Both the position numbers and the translations under genes were made by a program. Of a DNA stretch of 64,000 nucleotides, positions 58,221 through 64,000 are shown piece after piece. Every line of letters begins with the position of its first letter. Within the stretch, counting starts at the first letter, position 1. This stretch comes from Lama guanicoe (lineage: Eukaryota). The stretch covers positions 62,001 through 126,000 of the forward strand of contig MU053559.1 in the NCBI GenBank assembly GCA_013239625.1, read 5' to 3'. The notes beneath the pieces are model-generated. The model did no database searches. It was not told the origin of the DNA and was given only the letters and a program-made list of their open reading frames with translations.

Positions 58221-60457
58221 TGTGGGTGCTGGTTTCATTCTCATCTCATTTGAGGAGAGCAGAGCCATGGCTGGAAGGCCAGGATGGTGCCCCAAGGGAC
58301 TGACTGTTCCCCTCCCAACCCAAAGTCCCACAGAATCAAGGAAGGGGCTCCCCTCCTTCAGCCCAGGATGTTGAAAGAGTGATTGGACAGTGGAAGATAT
58401 GAGGCATACTTTTCCCAGTGCTGGATGTGTGCTTTCCAACTCTGTGAGGAAATGCCCGAGTTTCTAGAACAAAACAAATTCTGTTCTACATCAGGGTCTT
58501 TGAACTTGCTGTTCCCACTGCTGTCAATGGTTGCTGTTCCCCAGTACTTCCGATACTTTGTCTCTGGTCATTTAGGTCCCAGCTCAAATATTAAGGCTTC
58601 AAAGAGGCCAGCAGCCCACCATCATTACCTCCCTCACAATAACCTCCTTTTGCTATCTTCATAACTCTCACTTCTCTCTGAAATTATCTTTTATTTATCT
58701 TTTCCTTGTCTTTTCTGAAATCTGTCCCCCTCCACTACATCAGCTACACCAGGATAGAAATCTTTATGTTTCATTCCTCCAGCATCTCACCAGTACCTAT
58801 CACAGTGCAAGGTAAAACAGATGGGACTCAATTCATACCTGTCAAATGCAGGTGAGATTAAGAGGACGGGCTTGGGAATGGGGCAAGATTAAATCTCGCT
58901 TCAATCCCCAGCTCCCTCAAGCTATTTATACTCGCTGGACCTCATTTCTCTCCTCTGCGAAATGGACACATCAGGATTGTTGAGTAGATGTGTAACTAGA
59001 CGGAAATAGATAATGTGAGTAAAGCCAGTAGCAGGGATAAGGCTAAATAAATGGTGGCCGGGGTTACTCTTATTAGTCTCTTGGGTATGACTGTGCTTAT
59101 AGGACTGGGGCTCTGAAGCCCTTTCCTGACTTCTCCAGAGCCACACCTCTACCAGGCTCTGAGTCAAGGTCAGCTAGAAGCCCCAGCACACTCCCCCACA
59201 ATGCTTACAGTGCTAATCATTCAAGGGTTCACCTCTTCACCTCTTTATACCCCAACTCCTTGCCTGGCTTTGAAGTCTCCCTCTCCTCCCCAACACCACC
59301 CTGGACACTCACACTCGGGTCCTTTAATTTCTCTCCCCTACCTCTCCAGCTCCTCCCCATAGGGGTGAGAGTTGCCCATTCCCTCCAGACCACAGCTTCC
59401 TTCCTTGCGGGGATGGGACCAAGTGTTCAGGAGGTGGTGACAGTGGAGGTGACTGGACATTTCTGGCCTCGGTCATATCCTGCTTAGGGGCTACCCCAAT
59501 TGGAGTCTGGCTGGCCATATAAGCCCTGGCTTTGTGGCTCTGTTCCCAGGATGGAGGAAAACTCTGGCCTCTCCCAGGCCTGGGAACGCCCAGCGTGTAG
59601 CGTGTGCACACAAGCCGGGCCGGCCACAGTTCTTCACCTTCTATGGAAGCGGGGGCGGGGGGAGGGCGCGGCCCAAAGGTTCTAACAGCCTTTTTTAGCC
59701 CGGCCCGCTGACTCACACCTTCCCGGCTCCGCCCCAAAGGGGACACCAGGGCCCCAGCCCGTGCCCTGAGGGTGGCAGTCTACCTGCTTGGGAAAGCTGG
59801 CCGACCAGGCAGGAAGTGAAAGACCGCAGGCTCTCGGCAAAGGAAGCTACTCTGGTTCTAGCCTTGCTATCTGGCCCAGCTGAGGATCTGGACGACTCCT
59901 GGCCAGAGCTGTGGGTATGCTGGTGCGCTGGTCACAACAGGCCCACCTCTGCATTCCCCACGCCGCGCGCAATAATTATCTGTGAGCCCTGCGCACCTCC
60001 AAAAAAGTGAAATGAATGAATGGGAAAGAAGCAGGAGTTGACGAAGGGAATCGGAGTTGGGAGACAGCCCGCCGGCAGGAGCAAAGGTCTCTCTAGGGGC
60101 ATGAAAGAAACAGCACGAAGTAAGCCTGTCAACAGTTACTAGAAGAGGCCCTCCTCGAAACCAGATCGACACACCCCCTCCTTTACGGGTGGACTCGGCA
60201 GCCCCACCCGGCCTAGAGCACCCGGCAAGTCAAGACTGGATCGAACCATTTTATTACTCCCCCTGCCTGAAACAAGAAGCACAGGGCTGGCCGGTCCGGG
60301 AGGGTCGTACCACTGATGCCGCGAGGGGAGAGCGGGCTGGTCGACTGCGCAGCAGGAGGGGGGACAAGTGGAAGCTCTCACCGCGAAGCTAGAGCGCGGA
60401 GGGCGGAGCATGCCAGATCCAGGTTGGGCAATACCAAGTGAACTGTCTGATGCATGT

Positions 60458-63400
60458 TCAGTGCCTCCGCCTTCCGGCTGCCACCTCCAAGGCTAGCTGC
60501 GCAGTCCCCGGGACCCCTAGAGCCTGCGAGAGCCGTTCCTCACTTGGCACCAGCCAGGGTCCAGGGGAATCTGGGGTTTGGTCTTCTGGGTCCTTCGTGC
60601 GGGGCTCACGAGCAGGAACGGCGGGGCCGTCGGCTGCCCCTTCTGGGCTAGGCTCCGGGCTGCCCTGGGTTTTGGGCGTCGTATAGGGTCGAGGGTGCTG
60701 AAGTGGGGAAGCGCTGGCGCTGTGAGACCTCATCACCTCTGGTTCCCCAAGATTTGGGCTTTGATCTGGGGATGGCAAGACTGCGGGTTAGATTGGGCGA
60801 TAGGGTGGGGAAAGGAGGTCGGGATCCCTTGGCCATGGGTGGCCGGGAGACTCCAAAGGCTGCCGGAGGCAGCGGCCCCGGTACTTATAGAAACCTCCCT
60901 TCAAGGCATGGACATGCCCTTCGGGAACCGATGCCACCCCTCAAGACCCGACACCTCCTTTCCCAAGACCCCTCCCCTCCTGGATCCAGAACACTCCCCT
61001 CAGAAATCAATTCCCACAACCCCCAAAGGAAATCAAATCCCTCCCATCTAGGATCCCAGACTCTCTCCTTGCTCATCCCACCTTCTTCAACTCCCAACCC
61101 TTTCTCTTACCCTTCTCTGGGTCTCTCTCTGACCCCTCTCCTTTTGGGACTAGACCCCCGACTTTCTGGATCCCCATCCCATCCCCTCTCTCTTTAGACC
61201 CACTATTCCTTCCCATCCAAGGACCACGACCCTTCCTTCTGAATACCCACTTTTATCCCAAACCCCTTCATTCCTCTTCCCTTCTAGTACTTCAAAAAAC
61301 CACCCTTCTGGAAATCGACCTTTATTCCTATCCTGTGACCCCGCCCTCCCCACCACAACTTTGGAGACTATCATGACCCTCACAGACACTGAAGCCTCGA
61401 ACCTCCCCACTGAGACCACCAAACCCTTCTCACCCAGGACACCAGCCTCACCACTCTGCGACCCCCTTTCCCCCTCACAGATCCTTGACCCCTCTCTTCC
61501 TGGGAAACCCACCATCTTCTTTCCTGGGCCCTCCCACCCCCTCAGGCTTGCTGGCGTGGGTCTCAAGAGGCCTGCTTAGCACGAGACAGAGCCTGGGGCC
61601 GCCTGCACGAATCCGCTCCACGACCTGGGCATGGGTGAGGCCTTGAGTTGACTCTCCATTGATGTGGAGCACTAGATCACCGACCTGTAAGAGTGCAAGG
61701 CAAGGGGTGTTGTAGGAAGGGCAAAATGGAGAGCACACTGACAAAGGGCAAGGACAGGGCTAGCACCGTCGAATGGGCGGTGCCTTACAGTTCACCTGCA
61801 AGCGGCCGCAGCGCTGTGCCGACCCGTCCTTCAGCAGCCCGCGCACTGCCAGTGGAGCGTCCCCGCCTGCATCTCGGCCTCCACTTAATGTGAGGCCAAA
61901 GCCCGCAGAACCCCGAACAAGTTCCACACAGAATCGACCAGAGGTCTGGGACGGCTTCGGAGCACAACGTGCCTTACCCTGCGTCACTTGGGGCGGTGCG
62001 GTACGTGTACCCAAGGTCTCTGGCCGACGGTGCTGGAGTAAGGACACAAGTGTACATGGAGTGCCAGTCTCGAGGCAAGCGGCCTCGATTAGGAGGGCGA
62101 GGTGGTACCTGGGGCCGGTGTTCCATGAAAGTGGCATTGGGAAGGCGACTGTCTGTGACCTCTATGTCCGCAGAATCGAGCACGCTAACGGCTGGGGGAT
62201 GAAAGAGGCAGTCGGCAGAGTACGATACAGAAACCATCTAGGATCTGCTAACTGAATTAATATACTAGCCTCAGCTCATTTCCTTCCCCCTAGAAAGCAC
62301 AGACTTGCCTATTTAACTAGGCTCCGCCCCCACGAATAGGTATCCAGATCCCGCCTTCTTAACTAATTTTGGAACTGAATAACCCTCCAGACCTTCCTAC
62401 TTTCTTCTAGTAATACGAAGATCCCGCCTCTCATATTAAACCCGTAGCCCCCACCCTGGAAAGAGCTACTCTCGGATTCGGCTGCTGAAGATTCCAGGGC
62501 CCGCCCTCTCATTAGCCTATGAACCTCAACCTCTCCTTGACATTTCAAGACACGCCCCCAGTGCGTTTATACGCTCCACCCCTTGACTAGTCGTCTAGGC
62601 CCGCCCCGTAACTAAATCCCCATCCTCTACCCTCTCCAGTCTCCGCCTCCTCAGAAATGCCACTCGAAACCCAGCTGAAAAAAGACAGATCCAATCCCGC
62701 ACCAACGATGAATCTTGCAACGTTCACCTACTGCAATAACCCTCTCTATGTCACCTCCTAGAGGAATATTCTAGGATAACCCCAGCCGCCTCGAATCGCC
62801 ACCGAGCCCCGCCCTCCCAACTCACGCCCATGGGCCCCACCCAGCGGAGTAACTAGCAACCCCGGGCCCGCCACCTCAGAACCCAGCTCCACTCCGGCCA
62901 CGCCCTCCAGGAGGCCCAGCCCCCATCACGCACCCTCCTTGGGGCGCAGGCGCAATGAGACGCCGGCCCTGCGAACCAGCGCCGCCACGTCGGCCGCGGC
63001 TCGGGCCGCCAGGGGGCGCGCGTCCAGCCGCGCCAGGAGCTGCCGGGCGCTGGGGCCCGCGGGCGGGGAAAGGCCGCGGCCTGCGCGAGTGAAAAGAACA
63101 GATCAGCGCCCACCCTGAGCCTCAGCGAACCACCACACCCCCGACGATCGAAGACCTAGTATGCCCCTCAAGATCCCCGGGGACCGAGACCACGCCCTCC
63201 GTAGTTCCAGAGGTCGCCGACTGTCCCTCTCACCTCCCGCTATCCCCGACCATCGCGGGTGTGCCCGTGGACCCCCCGCCTGACCCCACGATATCCCTGG
63301 AGATAGCTGTTTAACCTCAATACTCCTGGACACCTCCCAACACCCCGCAAATACCTCTGGAGGTCTCCGACTGCCCCCTTGTAACTCCGGACTACAAACT

Positions 63401-63964
63401 CTCCTCCCCAATATGGAGAGGGACCTAGATTTCCCCCAGATGTCCCGACAGAACACGGTCTGCCCCCCACCCCAGTGGCCGCGGCACCCCCGAGTCCCAT
63501 TCCAGATATCCTAGGCAACCCTGACGGCCCACGTAGCCCCAGAGTGCCCCTCCACACATCCCCAGAGGCCCCCGCCTCACTCCCCAAAATGCACCACAGA
63601 CCCTGAGTGCCCAGGTGTCCCCAGTGACCCGGGCAGACCCCTCTGACACATCTCCCCTGAGATTCCCGAGAGCCCCCGGGTCTGGTGCGCTGCCCCGCAG
63701 CGCGGGTGTGGGTGCGGGTGCAGGTAGGGGGCCTCGAGCCCAGCCCCGGTCGCTGGGCCCCTGCCCTCTACGGCCGCCGCCTGCCCGCCGCCGCCGCCGC
63801 CGCTTGGGCGCCAGGGCTGCTTTGTTTACCACCTGTCGAAAGGAAAAGGTGAGGAGCAGACAGGAGGGGCGAGGGCTGGCAGGGACGCGCCCGCTCCCTC
63901 CCCCCCGCCCCGTACCTCCTCTGCTCCTCCTAGGGTCCGCGGCGCCCCCCGCAAGCCGCTCCAT
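60458..63964 (-). CDS. MAGIX: MAGI family member, X-linked (single PDZ domain), 336 aa
   Basis: Exons 63964-63916, 63080-62934, 62191-62109, 62032-61796, 61684-61513 and 60780-60458 total 1011 nt. Contains SARQLLARLDARPLAARAA, the PDZ domain VELVRGSAGFGLTLSGG...VGDLVLHINGESTQGLTHAQVVERIRAGG, and the end GPWLVPSEERLSQALGV...AAGRRRH*. Confidence 0.93.
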
Positions 63965-64000
63965 GACCAGGAGTCGGCGGGGTGGACGCACGGCCGCCAG

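Overview
Mammalian genomic DNA, probably a camelid judging by its short tRNA-derived SINEs. It is syntenic with the human Xp11.23 cluster: CCDC22 (5' end, -), CACNA1F (48 exons, +), SYP (+), PRICKLE3 (+), PLP2 (-) and MAGIX (-). All exons were traced by hand from splice sites and translation. SYP, PRICKLE3, PLP2 and MAGIX are intact. The main anomalies are: (1) an in-frame TAG in CACNA1F exon 39 (about codon 1534, before the IQ domain) in an otherwise intact gene; (2) a near-perfect 536-bp tandem duplication containing the SYP poly(A) signal; (3) a minor-spliceosome-type CACNA1F intron 2 with a GC donor; (4) an apparently shifted exon 44 donor. Several intronic low-complexity arrays may have regulatory roles: a YCAY cluster before microexon 32, inverted arrays around exon 27, and telomere-like hexamers. 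Items (1) and (2) may be assembly errors. I found no evidence of a new multi-gene system, CRISPR array or true RNA gene. Orthologue comparisons are from memory of the human proteins, not from a search.
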